Below are positions 39,496-50,259 of a stretch of 64,000 nucleotides of DNA, one piece after another (the stretch's first letter is position 1; each line of letters opens with the position of its first letter). Under the pieces are notes generated by a model. That model searched no databases. It was not told the origin of the DNA and worked only from the letters and a program-made list of their open reading frames with translations. A program made the position numbers and the translations under genes. The DNA comes from Seison nebaliae (Eukaryota), in assembly GCA_023231475.1 (NCBI GenBank), contig JALJEE010000525.1, positions 1-64,000 of the forward strand, read 5' to 3'.

Positions 39496-42400
39496 ATGGA
39501 GAAGGAGGAAATTTTCGGATTGTTTATTTTCGATAAGTTCAATCAATTACTCTTCCGTTATATGAACAACGGATGTCAGAATCATATAATAAGATTATTG
39601 ATAAAAAATGAAAATACGAGAGAATGTTTCAAAGAATTAATTTTTAAAGAGAAAACTCAAAATCAATTTCTTCAACCCTCCATCGATGATGCCATCAGTC
39701 TCATCTTCTCAGTTATTTTATATTCGTTACAGAATCTTCGTGATTATTATGGAATGGAATATCATCGACTCAAATTGTCACAAATGGATAATCTTCATCT
39801 AATATTCCAATCTTTAACGAATCAATGGAATCTTTTCATTTTGACGAAAAAAAGAATTCGGAGTTTAAAATTTGAAAAATTTCTGAAACAAATCCTTCAA
39901 ATTCTCCGTAGTCAGATGTCGATACCGTTAATGAAAATGGAGAATATGGAAGAGAGCGATGATTGGAAACAACTAATAGAATATACTTTCGATCTCCTCT
40001 GGATTTTCATTAATGAGAATTATTCAAATTTGTTCACTGATCATTTCCTCTCAATTGACTCATCAAACCGTTTAAATTATAACGAGATGTTTCTCACCGT
40101 TTCTTATTCTTTCATCAATCAATCTCTTCAACAAATTATCAATTCGGCTCTCGAATTCGCTTTCGTCACTTATCCCAAATGTAATCGAATCATTTTTTGG
40201 TCTAGTGAACGAAAATGTATCATTTCCAATCTCTATAATTCGTTGTATAACATAAAACAATCGATCATCGAAACGTTAACGAGAAAATTAGAGGAGAATG
40301 AGAAAGACACAATATTTTCACTTGCACATCTCATTCAAAGTTTCACCGAAACCGATGATGAAATAGACGAAATGAATCAATTATTCTCGTTCAACATCGA
40401 TACCATCGAATCATCTATATCAGACATTTTACAACAACTGTGTATAAAAAAGTTAAAAATTCCATCGATGAATAAACGACTTCAAATTACTAATCATCCA
40501 TGGATCAAAAATAGTGAAGTCGAATTCGATCCATTAGAACTACATCTCATTCAATCATATATCGATATTCATCGTTATGTTAACGACGGAAGAAAAATTA
40601 AAGGACCAAACAGAAAAACGACAATAACTAAATATGATGGAATATCTCAATTATCTCTCTCCGATCACCATATCGATAATAACGATATTAAACCGGATTT
40701 TAAAATAAAATTTGATATTGAAGAGAAGGAGTGTGAAAATGAGAAAGAAGAAAAGATGAATGAAGAGTTGATTGATAATAATCGATTATCGATTAAATCG
40801 ATTTATAGTAATCAATCATCAGATACTGATAATGAAATCAATAATAATATCGTTAATTCATTCAACTCTCAAATCAGTCAATCATCTCTACCATATCGTA
40901 CAAGAGAATTGAATATTCATCAAATAGACAAGAAGAAACCTGTTCGACGCTTTTCCTCCATATTGATGGAGAATGAAGAGAATATTCAAATGATCAAGAA
41001 AAATGAATTTGAAGGAACCATCAAAAATATTTTCCTTCGTCCATTCATTACAAATAATTTCAATAGTAAAACGAGAAACATCAAACCGTCAATCATCGAC
41101 GAATTCTATAAGAATTGTGGAAATCATACGGAATTGTCGTTGGAAGAATTCCGAATTATCAATACCATGAGATATACAATTCATTATCATGAAATTTATC
41201 CAAACATATTTCTCCTCGTTTTCATTTCCCGGTCATCAGCCACAATGAGAAAGTTCCAGATGATTCAAATGTTCATACAAACAATTCAAAATAATTTCAT
41301 CATTCTACAACAAATAATGAATCAAAAAAAATTTCTTTCACAACAATTCTCTTTTAATCGGAGGAAAACAACGGAAATATTGCGAAGAATTTTATTAAAA
41401 AATCAGTCATATTTTGAACGCTTCACTTCACTTCTCTCTATTATTAAACAATCTCTATTCCGTTTAAGTGAAAGGGAATCGTCCAATTTTACCATTGACA
41501 TGAATTATATTTATTTATTGTTTAATAAAATAGAGAAACTGATAAAAGAACATCTCATCATTCCACAGAATAAAACCAACAAAATTGAATTAAAAGATTT
41601 TTCAAATTTTTGTCAAATTAATCGAAACAAAATTGGAGAGAATTTCCTTCGAGATTGTGAGACATATGAAGATCTTTTCAAAACCATCAATTTAATTCTT
41701 CAACAAATTTATTTCATTATGTTCATTAAAGAAAAGAATAATTGTTTTCAAGAAACCGTCGAGAGTTCCATTAGTCCAATGGTTGCTACTTTATTTCCCA
41801 CGAAATTTACCAGTAAAATTTTCGGTAGTAAATCCACAAATAGTACGACAAGCAATCCAATAGACATGAATTCCAATCCATCTTTATTGGAACAATCATC
41901 ACGATCTGATAGACAATCAATAAAATCAACTGGAACTGCTTCATCAATCATACAATTCAAAAAGATCTTCCAAGCCACCAACGATCGTCTAAATTTCAAT
42001 TCAATCAATTATTTCATTAAATCTCACAATCAATTCTATTCATTACAACAACTGATACAACTGAAAATGAAATGTTGTATCAATTTTTTAGAAACGAAAT
42101 TGACGATCGATTTAATGAACAATATAAAGAATCGTTATGCACAAAAGACGATGTTGAAACGAATTGTGGAGAAGAAGTTACACGACCAATTCTCCATGAA
42201 TACTGTCGTCTCCTGCATTTATGATCATGAGAATCGACATCGAATCTACAACAGTTCCGATGAGAACTACTCGAAATTTGTCCAAATCGTCTTCGACGAA
42301 ATGTTAAACGATTTACTCATCCATCAAATCAATTCATCTTATCATAATTTTTATATTCTGACTTATGATGAGAAAGAATATATAATTTATTCGTCCTATT

Positions 42401-42864
42401 GGATGGCTGATTCTTATGGGAGGAAAATTAAACAAGTTCAACAACCGAAAAATAAGAGAAATTCACAAACATTCCCATCCAATTTTGGCGATGTATTCGA
42501 ATTGAATATTGATAATTTGAAATGTAACAATCTTCGATATAATTCCTATATAACTCTTAATAATTTCATCGATGAATTTTCTCAGAAGAAATCCAATCAT
42601 AAAGATAAAGATCCGAAAACCATAGTGGATCATTTAGACCAAACTATTTTCTCTTATTCCTATCTGAGTATTCACGATGTCTCACAAAATCGATTTATCA
42701 ATCAACTATTCACCAAGAAGAATGACGTCACCGAAAACTTCTTTAATTCTTCCTTTAAAAATCCTTCTTATAATAATCTAATTGAAATTTTGAAACGGAT
42801 CAAATCGGAACAAAATAAAATTCTACTGCAGCTCACACGAGAATTAGGTAGATCAATTTCCTAA
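39496..42864 (+). CDS. HPS1: HPS1-like longin-domain protein (BLOC-3/Mon1-Ccz1 family), intronless, 1122 aa
   Basis: Long open frame. N-terminal IFGLFIFDKFNQLLFRY and DDAISLIFSVILYS resemble the first longin domain of HPS1. The rest is very divergent. Confidence 0.5.
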   Translation: MEKEEIFGLFIFDKFNQLLFRYMNNGCQNHIIRLLIKNENTRECFKELIFKEKTQNQFLQPSIDDAISLIFSVILYSLQNLRDYYGMEYHRLKLSQMDNLHLIFQSLTNQWNLFILTKKRIRSLKFEKFLKQILQILRSQMSIPLMKMENMEESDDWKQLIEYTFDLLWIFINENYSNLFTDHFLSIDSSNRLNYNEMFLTVSYSFINQSLQQIINSALEFAFVTYPKCNRIIFWSSERKCIISNLYNSLYNIKQSIIETLTRKLEENEKDTIFSLAHLIQSFTETDDEIDEMNQLFSFNIDTIESSISDILQQLCIKKLKIPSMNKRLQITNHPWIKNSEVEFDPLELHLIQSYIDIHRYVNDGRKIKGPNRKTTITKYDGISQLSLSDHHIDNNDIKPDFKIKFDIEEKECENEKEEKMNEELIDNNRLSIKSIYSNQSSDTDNEINNNIVNSFNSQISQSSLPYRTRELNIHQIDKKKPVRRFSSILMENEENIQMIKKNEFEGTIKNIFLRPFITNNFNSKTRNIKPSIIDEFYKNCGNHTELSLEEFRIINTMRYTIHYHEIYPNIFLLVFISRSSATMRKFQMIQMFIQTIQNNFIILQQIMNQKKFLSQQFSFNRRKTTEILRRILLKNQSYFERFTSLLSIIKQSLFRLSERESSNFTIDMNYIYLLFNKIEKLIKEHLIIPQNKTNKIELKDFSNFCQINRNKIGENFLRDCETYEDLFKTINLILQQIYFIMFIKEKNNCFQETVESSISPMVATLFPTKFTSKIFGSKSTNSTTSNPIDMNSNPSLLEQSSRSDRQSIKSTGTASSIIQFKKIFQATNDRLNFNSINYFIKSHNQFYSLQQLIQLKMKCCINFLETKLTIDLMNNIKNRYAQKTMLKRIVEKKLHDQFSMNTVVSCIYDHENRHRIYNSSDENYSKFVQIVFDEMLNDLLIHQINSSYHNFYILTYDEKEYIIYSSYWMADSYGRKIKQVQQPKNKRNSQTFPSNFGDVFELNIDNLKCNNLRYNSYITLNNFIDEFSQKKSNHKDKDPKTIVDHLDQTIFSYSYLSIHDVSQNRFINQLFTKKNDVTENFFNSSFKNPSYNNLIEILKRIKSEQNKILLQLTRELGRSIS

Positions 42865-43176
42865 ATTTATTTTCTGTAAATAAAATTTTAATCTGACAAA
42901 AAAATTTCCAATAAATATTTTTCATAATTTTTTTAAGAAGAATTTTATTATAAAAAGATTTTCTTTAATTTTATGAAAAGAACAATTTCTGTATTTTCAA
43001 AAAGTAAAAAAAACTTGTGATGTTTAAACACAAACGAAATTGTGCAAATTTTAAAAAATAAAATATTTATTTGAATTTTACAAACAAAAAAAATTGTTTG
43101 TGAATTTTAAGAACGGGAAAAATTTTATTAAAAAAATGAAGGAAGATCGAGCATAGATTTAGGAGAACTATCGATA

Positions 43177-43665
43177 TTACACCATTTCAATGGGATAAGC
43201 ATCAGGATATGTCCTGATTGCTTTAATCGCATCAACATATAATTCTTTATCTGAAAATGATTTATAAGGAAATTATCAAATTAAAAATAATAGAAACCAA
43301 AATCTTGCATTATTGACATTGGTAAAGGAATTATTTCATTATTTTCGCTCACTATCGAATTCTCTCCATCAACTATTCCACAAACTTCCACATATTCGTC
43401 CATCTTCAATTCCATCTGATAAAATAGAATATATATTACACTTCAATTCTTTCTAACTGGTTGTCCCATACGAATACTCAACATTCTCTTATCCATACTC
43501 TCCAAATCAAACATATTTCCCACTCGACTCACCTGTCAAACAAGAAATCTTTTCAACCAAATCAAATTTTAAGTAAACTTGTACAATCGTTCCGACAATA
43601 CAAACTCCCTTCCCAATATTGTCCCCTAATTCCTCTCCCAAAATTCTCTTAAACGTGTGACACAT
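43177..43665 (-). CDS. RPA3: Replication protein A 14 kDa subunit, 4 exons, absent from the ORF track
   Basis: Spliced product MCHTFKRILGEELGDNIGKGVCIVGTIVQ|VSRVGNMFDLESMDKRMLSIRMGQP|MELKMDEYVEVCGIVDGENSIVSENNEIIPLPMSIMQDF|DKELYVDAIKAIRTYPDAYPIEMV has the RPA3 motifs VC.VG, VEV.G and FD..LY..A. Confidence 0.88.
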
Positions 43666-43932
43666 AATCGTAAGTGATGGAAAACCGTTGAACTCAAATT
43701 CAGTATGTTTTCTGTCGAAATAAATTTTAAAATGTGAAAAAAAGTATGAAAGAAAATGTTCTCTAGGAAATTAGGGAATTGTTAAAACAATCGAAATATT
43801 CGAAATTCAAAAAATAGGCATAACACTTTTGGAGGGAATTTTAAAAAAAAATTCTTACAATTTTTCTGTATTTTTTTTGGAACGTACAAAATACGTATAG
43901 GAATTCACTGCAATTTCTTTTTGAGTTGAAAA

Positions 43933-44376
43933 ATGACGATCAGTAAAAACAATAAATTGATGCAACATCTCAATTATCGTGTTCGAATCACACTGCAGGA
44001 TTCGAGACGATTTGTTGGTGCAATGAAAGCATTCGACAAACACATGAATCTCATATTGGGAGATTGTGAGGAATTCCGTACAATTCGACCAAAATCGTCT
44101 GGTGATCGTCGAGAAGAGAAAAGACATCTTGGTCTAACTTTATTGCGAGGGGAACATATCGTCTGTTTGACGATCGAAGGACCTCCACCCAAAGATGAAG
44201 GAGGTTTTACGAAATTTACAGAGACGTTGGGCGTAAGTAGAGGAACAGGGCGAGGTGTGGCACCAATGGGTGAAATTCGAGCACCCACATTGCCCACTCC
44301 AATGGGAACTGCAAGTGCAGCACAAATGATGCCTTCGGGACGAGGTGGTGGCGCTCCCAATTGGTCACAATATTAA
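43933..44376 (+). CDS. SNRPB: Small nuclear ribonucleoprotein SmB, intronless, short C-terminal tail
   Basis: [49 protein letters not shown]...[25 protein letters not shown]. Confidence 0.96.
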   Translation: MTISKNNKLMQHLNYRVRITLQDSRRFVGAMKAFDKHMNLILGDCEEFRTIRPKSSGDRREEKRHLGLTLLRGEHIVCLTIEGPPPKDEGGFTKFTETLGVSRGTGRGVAPMGEIRAPTLPTPMGTASAAQMMPSGRGGGAPNWSQY

Positions 44377-44598
44377 ATGTTGGAAATGTTGTTGTTATTG
44401 TCTTTTTTGTAAATTGAGAAGATTTTAAATAAAATCCATTTATAACTTTCTTCTTTTTCTTTCTATAAAAAATATAATGACATTCATTGGTCGAATTGTG
44501 GAAAATTTTAAATTAGTTAATGAACTTTACTAATTTATTCAACAAATACATTTTATGAAGGAATCATATTTTAACATCGTTGTTGGAGTTTGTCATGT

Positions 44599-44687
44599 GC
44601 TCCTGTGGCGCAATCGGTTAGCGCGCCGTACTTATAATAACAGTATAGGCAATGCGGAGGTTGTGAGTTCGATCCTCACCAGGAGCA
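44599..44687 (+). tRNA. tRNA-Ile(UAU) with a 15 nt intron (44637-44651)
   Basis: Acceptor stem GCTCCTG/CAGGAGC, D arm GCGC/GCGC, anticodon stem CCGTA/TGCGG with loop CT-TAT-A[intron]A, T arm GTGAG-TTCGATC-CTCAC, downstream T run. Confidence 0.96.
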
Positions 44688-44875
44688 CAAAATCTTCTTT
44701 TCTTTTCACAAATCTTTTTATTAAAGGGCAATGAAATATTTTTTTTATATTCAACTAATTCAACATTTAAGCGAGAAAAACAATTTTTTTGTCTAGAAAT
44801 TTTTAAATTTTTATCAATTTGTTTTTAGTAAATTCTTACAATTCTTGTTACAATTTTTTATAGAAACAAAATTTC

Positions 44876-44964
44876 TGCTCCTGGTGAGGATCGAACTCAC
44901 AACCTCCGCATTGCCTATACTGTTATTATAAGTACGGCGCGCTAACCGATTGCGCCACAGGAGC
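44876..44964 (-). tRNA. tRNA-Ile(UAU) with intron, copy 2
   Basis: Exact reverse complement of copy 1. Confidence 0.96.
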
Positions 44965-45106
44965 GATGCTTTAACTCATTTTTTATCAAGTTATTGAAGC
45001 AATTTCTAGTATAATATATAATTATTCTCTTAAAAACAACTAAATGGAGAATGATAGGAATCTACAAAATTTTATAGATAAGGTCAAATTTAAGAAGTAT
45101 AACAGC

Positions 45107-45195
45107 GCTCCTGTGGCGCAATCGGTTAGCGCGCCGTACTTATAATAACAGTATAGGCAATGCGGAGGTTGTGAGTTCGATCCTCACCAGGAGCA
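45107..45195 (+). tRNA. tRNA-Ile(UAU) with intron, copy 3
   Basis: Identical to copy 1, followed by a T-run terminator. Confidence 0.96.
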
Positions 45196-45411
45196 CAAAA
45201 AATTTTTTTCCAAATTTTTTTTTCTAACCAACTTTATGAAGTGGTAATTAGATTAATAGTTAATATTCTAGCTTAACAGATGGAAGTGATATAAAAGAAA
45301 TTTGATGGTTTAACAAAACAAGTAACATTATTTATTAAGTTGTCGAAAATTGGTTAATAATAAGAAAATAGATAACAATAATGAATGAAATGTAAATAAA
45401 TTAAAGGAAGG

Positions 45412-47040
45412 TTAAGTCCATAAGCAGGTACGATTGTAAAGTGACGGAGACGTTAAGTTAGTCATGATGTAAGTCGAATTATTGTGAATGGATAAATCAT
45501 TAAATTGATAATTGAACAAATTGAGAATGATACCAATTGATAAAATTAAAAATAGAAGGATGGAACTGATAACATAAAAATATTTTTCAATTTTTCTAAT
45601 TTTTCTGTTTTTGACGAGTAGGACACCTCCAAATATTCCGCAAATAAATCCGATAGCATGTGCTCGATAACTGGTGGTTATTCCATTAGTCATTGCTTGT
45701 CCTCTGAAAGCGGACCATACAGAAAACGATATATCCACCACATAAATCACCACCAGAATAGTTAGATGATATGGCGCTACAAATTTTAATTCTTTCCAAT
45801 TCATTAATAAATTAGGGAAATGTGAAGCGACGACAGCATAAGTTCCAGCACTACCTCCACATAACGCTTTGGTTGGTTGTAAGACGTAGGAATACATACT
45901 AGCAGTGATGACACCCATAGAATGAATAAGAGCAATTCTCCAAGCACTATTCACTACTTCTAACGCCACACCGAGAACGAGTAAAGATAGAACATTAAGT
46001 AATAGATGAGAATATCCAGCATGGACTAGAGAATATGTCCAATATTTCCACACGTGATATCGTTTAGTTGGTATAAAAATTAAATAACTGTCATATGGAA
46101 CGGGTGAGTTATATTGAATGTCAATACCACATCGAGTTCGATATCGGTAAGCATGGAAAGCGTAAATACAAATTTGAATTAAACAAAATAAAGGGACGAA
46201 AATTGGTAGATGAAATTTCCCATATATTCTTTCAAACATTGACTTCTCACCACTATTCATTTGACCTTGAGTTTGGACTAGTTTAGCTAATTCCAATTGA
46301 ACTTTTTCTTTCTTCTTCAAATGCAATTCCGATGTGGTAATGTCTTGAGGATGGAAACGATATTTTACTGCCATTCTCTTGAATTGAGCGAAACTAATAT
46401 TTTTATTCGGATAATTTTTCAAAATTCTTCGTAGACATTCAACGAAGTTTCTTGGGAGAATCTCTTCACAATCATTCCTATTTTTTTTTCGAACATAATT
46501 CCTCCATTTGTTGAATCTCTTTCTCTTGTTTATTTCTAACATCGCCATTCTCTCCTCGTCTATGTTATTGGATTGTTGAGTGTGCAAAGTCGTCTGATTA
46601 TTACTCCATTGGATGGAAGAGGATTCGTGTCGTTTTCGTTGAGAACGGAACGATTCACTTATCGATACTAAATGTTCGAAATGTTGTCGAGCGGTGTGAT
46701 TGAGACGGAAAATCGGCTTATTCAAATTTGAAATGATGGAATTTGTTTTCGACATTTTCGGTAGTTCCAATTGACATTGTTGTCTTTTCAACTCATTTTC
46801 TTTACGTCGACGATCGATTTCTTCGATTAGTGGCTCATAAAAGATCGTGAGACGTTCATCGATCATATCTTGACTCCTAAATGAAAAATGCCGATGTTGA
46901 TCTTCAGGTATTGGAGATGTGGGACCGATCTTCATCAATCGTTTCTCATCAAGTTCATGTTGAATTTGGAAGAAGTTGAAGAATTCTTCATCCAATTGCT
47001 TTTTAAAATTCTCCTCTTCATTCTCTTCAATCGATTTCAT
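45412..47040 (-). CDS. Rhomboid intramembrane serine protease (secretase type) with long N-terminal extension, intronless
   Basis: WKYWTYSLVHAGYSHLLLN, catalytic-serine motif GGSAG, histidine motif SYRAHAIG, multiple transmembrane segments. Confidence 0.92.
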   Translation of the reverse strand: MKSIEENEEENFKKQLDEEFFNFFQIQHELDEKRLMKIGPTSPIPEDQHRHFSFRSQDMIDERLTIFYEPLIEEIDRRRKENELKRQQCQLELPKMSKTNSIISNLNKPIFRLNHTARQHFEHLVSISESFRSQRKRHESSSIQWSNNQTTLHTQQSNNIDEERMAMLEINKRKRFNKWRNYVRKKNRNDCEEILPRNFVECLRRILKNYPNKNISFAQFKRMAVKYRFHPQDITTSELHLKKKEKVQLELAKLVQTQGQMNSGEKSMFERIYGKFHLPIFVPLFCLIQICIYAFHAYRYRTRCGIDIQYNSPVPYDSYLIFIPTKRYHVWKYWTYSLVHAGYSHLLLNVLSLLVLGVALEVVNSAWRIALIHSMGVITASMYSYVLQPTKALCGGSAGTYAVVASHFPNLLMNWKELKFVAPYHLTILVVIYVVDISFSVWSAFRGQAMTNGITTSYRAHAIGFICGIFGGVLLVKNRKIRKIEKYFYVISSILLFLILSIGIILNLFNYQFNDLSIHNNSTYIMTNLTSPSLYNRTCLWT

Positions 47041-47074
47041 TCAATCTTAATTAATATCGATTAAAAAAAAACAT

Positions 47075-47220
47075 CTTTTTCAAAAAAAAAATTATCATCT
47101 TATTTCGAGGAAATGAAAAAAAAAATCATCATCTTTTTTTCAGAAAATCAAAAAAAAATACGATCTTATTTTTAGTAAATCAAAAAAAATTATGATCTTA
47201 TTTTTAGAAAATTAAAAACA
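47075..47220. repeat. Degenerate tandem repeat of about 31 bp upstream of the rhomboid gene
   Basis: Four to five units resembling AAAAAAAATTATGATCTTATTTTTAGAAAAT. Confidence 0.65.
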
Positions 47221-47581
47221 AAAATGATTTATTCGTTCTTCGAAAAAAGGGAAAAATTACAAAAAAAAAATTCTTCCCATCAACTACGATATATGGGTAG
47301 GAGGAGAATGAGAGAATTTATCATTAAACATTAATAACTTATCATCAACTAAGTGAGAATGTTGATTAAAGTCAATCATACATCAAATGGAGTAAAGGGA
47401 ATAAATAAACAAGAAATCTAATTGTTGTAAGAGATTCTCATAACTCGTAATAACTCACTTAATTAATTGTAACTCACGTCAAATGGACGAATAGAAAATA
47501 GTTTGTCAATTTTATTTCTCTAACAATTCTGACGATGAATCGTATAATTAAAAAATTTGAAAAATATTCTCAAAATAATTA

Positions 47582-48958
47582 TTATTTCTTCACTAATTTC
47601 ATTAACGAATCCGTCGTCATTGATTTGGGTCGTTCTAATGGTAGTCCTAATGCACGAGACCAAACTAATTGTGAGAGGACTCCCAAAGCTCTCGAGACGC
47701 CAAAAAGAACTGTATAATAATTCATTTCCGTCATTCCGAAATATTGGAGGAGAACGCCCGAATGTGCATCGACATTAGGCCAAGGATTTTTTGCTTTTCC
47801 ATGTTCTAATAAGATGTCCGGCGTCAATTTGTAGAGTTGTGAAACGAGTTTAAATAATGGATCTTTCGGCAAATGTTTCAGGGCAAATTCCCGTTGACAT
47901 GTGTAACGTGGATCAGTTTTTCGGAGAACTGCGTGACCGTAACCGGGAACGACTTGTCCACTGTTCAACGTCTTCCAAATGAAATCTTTTAGCACTTCAT
48001 CCGATGTTTCCCCGCCTAATTTCTCTTGAGCTTTCTTCAACCAAATTAGAACTTCTTGATTAGCTAGACCGTGTAATGGACCAGCTAAACCGTTCATGGA
48101 AGCGGCAAAACTGAGATAAGGATCACTCAATGCACTGCCGACTAGATGGCAAGTATGTGCCGAGACATTTCCACCTTCATGATCACTATGAATGGTGAGA
48201 TAGAGTCGTAATAATTCTGCAAATTTCTCATCTTTGAATCCCAACATTCCTGCGAAATTTCCACTCCAATCCAAATCTGTATTGATAACACCTAAATTAT
48301 TATTTTCACTCGTCTTATATAGATTCTGATAAATTGCTGCTGCAATACTTGGTAATTTTGCAATCAAATCCATCGAATCTTCATATGCTTCTAACCAATA
48401 TTCGTTTTTTGCCATTCCTTTCGCATAACCACGTGCGAAATGACTCTCACTACTCAATGCAGTGATAGCGGCAGAGAATTGTGCCATCGGATGTAATTTT
48501 TCAGGGAAATTATTAATCATATTAATCACATGACGAGGAATTACACTACGACGATTCCATTCGTCAGTCACCCATTGACATTGTTCCGTTGTTGGTACCG
48601 TTCCCGTCATCAATAGCCAAAAAAGACCTTCTGGTAATGGTTCGTCTTTTCGTTTTGGAAGTACTTTCTGACATTCGGGTATGGATAATCCTCGAAATCG
48701 AATTCCTTCCTCTGCATCTAATAACGACGGTTCCCACACCAACGATTTCATCGATCTCATTCCACCGTAACACATGTCGATAGTAATTTCACCCAATTTG
48801 GTCGATCCGTGTTCCTTCCTGAAATTCTTCACTCGTTCCCTTTCCTTCTCCACCAATGACACCATAACATCTTTCAAATTGGTGGAGGATTGAGGGGCGG
48901 ACGCCAAACATCTGATAAATGGTTGTGTTAATTGAAAGAAATTTCGTTGTCGTAACAT
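47582..48958 (-). CDS. CS: Mitochondrial citrate synthase, coding region intronless
   Basis: Presequence-like [70 protein letters not shown]. Confidence 0.98.
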   Translation of the reverse strand: MLRQRNFFQLTQPFIRCLASAPQSSTNLKDVMVSLVEKERERVKNFRKEHGSTKLGEITIDMCYGGMRSMKSLVWEPSLLDAEEGIRFRGLSIPECQKVLPKRKDEPLPEGLFWLLMTGTVPTTEQCQWVTDEWNRRSVIPRHVINMINNFPEKLHPMAQFSAAITALSSESHFARGYAKGMAKNEYWLEAYEDSMDLIAKLPSIAAAIYQNLYKTSENNNLGVINTDLDWSGNFAGMLGFKDEKFAELLRLYLTIHSDHEGGNVSAHTCHLVGSALSDPYLSFAASMNGLAGPLHGLANQEVLIWLKKAQEKLGGETSDEVLKDFIWKTLNSGQVVPGYGHAVLRKTDPRYTCQREFALKHLPKDPLFKLVSQLYKLTPDILLEHGKAKNPWPNVDAHSGVLLQYFGMTEMNYYTVLFGVSRALGVLSQLVWSRALGLPLERPKSMTTDSLMKLVKK

Positions 48959-50259
48959 CTTTCTCTCTTTGTTAGTTTAAGGAAGAATTTATTTAAAATT
49001 TCTCGAAAAAAAATTTCTACTCACAATTCTAATTCGATTCTTTACGTTAAACTTTACGAATTATCGCATTACGTGATACGAAGAACTTCGAAGAAGGAAC
49101 TGTGGGAGAATAATGAAGTTCAAATTTTTATTTTTCGCTTGTAGAAGCAAATGAAATTTCAAGCTGCATCACATGCATTGAATGTAGGAAAGATTACGCT
49201 AAAAAATTATTAAATTCACTTACACAATTTTTTTTACTCTTTCTATTTCGTCTAACAATATAATTCTCACAATCATTTCCCATTAATATACATCCCTCCA
49301 CTAGTAATATATCTATTGTATTACTTGTACTTTTGATTTTGAATTTATATTGTGTAATATTACTTCGGTTAAGTAATAAAGACGCTACTTATTATTTCAA
49401 TGAGCTTATCTACATAAAAGTGTATTAAATGTTCGATTTGTGTTTAGGAATTTTACACCGAACAATTTATATAACGTAAGAGAAATTAGGAGGAAATATA
49501 TCTGCAGCGATAGAGAGAAGCGATTCATATAAGCGAATAAGCAATTTCATTAACGATACTAATTAGGATAATTGAAACATCGTCCAAAACATATCTCTCC
49601 TCAAATAAAACGAGTGAACGGAAAAGAAGGTCAAACAGAAGCCTTTCAGTCGTTTGTTTGTTTAGATGACAATTCTTTTATTGCGTGTTAGAAAAAGATG
49701 AAATTTGAATGAATATTATTTTTTTTCTTCATAAATGTTGTTCTTAAGGATGGAAGACAAATGGAAAAAGTAAATGGAGAATTTGAAGAGTAATGAGAAA
49801 ATTTTTATTTGGAAACTAAATCAGCGAAAAGAATTGTAAGAATATTTTGGAAGAATTGGAAGTAAAAGAGCAATTAATATTGAGGAAATAAATGGGAAAA
49901 TATAATTATCTGGACGGAAAAGACATATATTATCTCTAATTTGTCTTATCAACATTAGAAATTATTTCTTCCCATTTCTATGTGAAATTCACTAATTTAT
50001 TTTTCAAGTAAGTAGCTCGTCAAATGAAAGTTCTTCAACAAAAGAATTTCACGAAAATATTATGATGAAGAAAAAATTTAAAAATAAAATTATTATGAAA
50101 AATTTAAATTGAAAAAAAAATCGACGAAACTTTTACCAAATTTTGAAATTTTCATTTATTCAAAAAATTTGAATTTTCTTCACAAACAATTTGGTTGAAA
50201 ATTGGAGTTAGAAATAAAAAATAAAAATTTCATTCAGTTTATAAAAAATCGTTTTAGTG

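Noticed and set aside
44599..44964. Long inverted repeat as the terminal repeats of a MITE
   Set aside because: The arms are exactly the tRNA-Ile genes and there is no target-site duplication.
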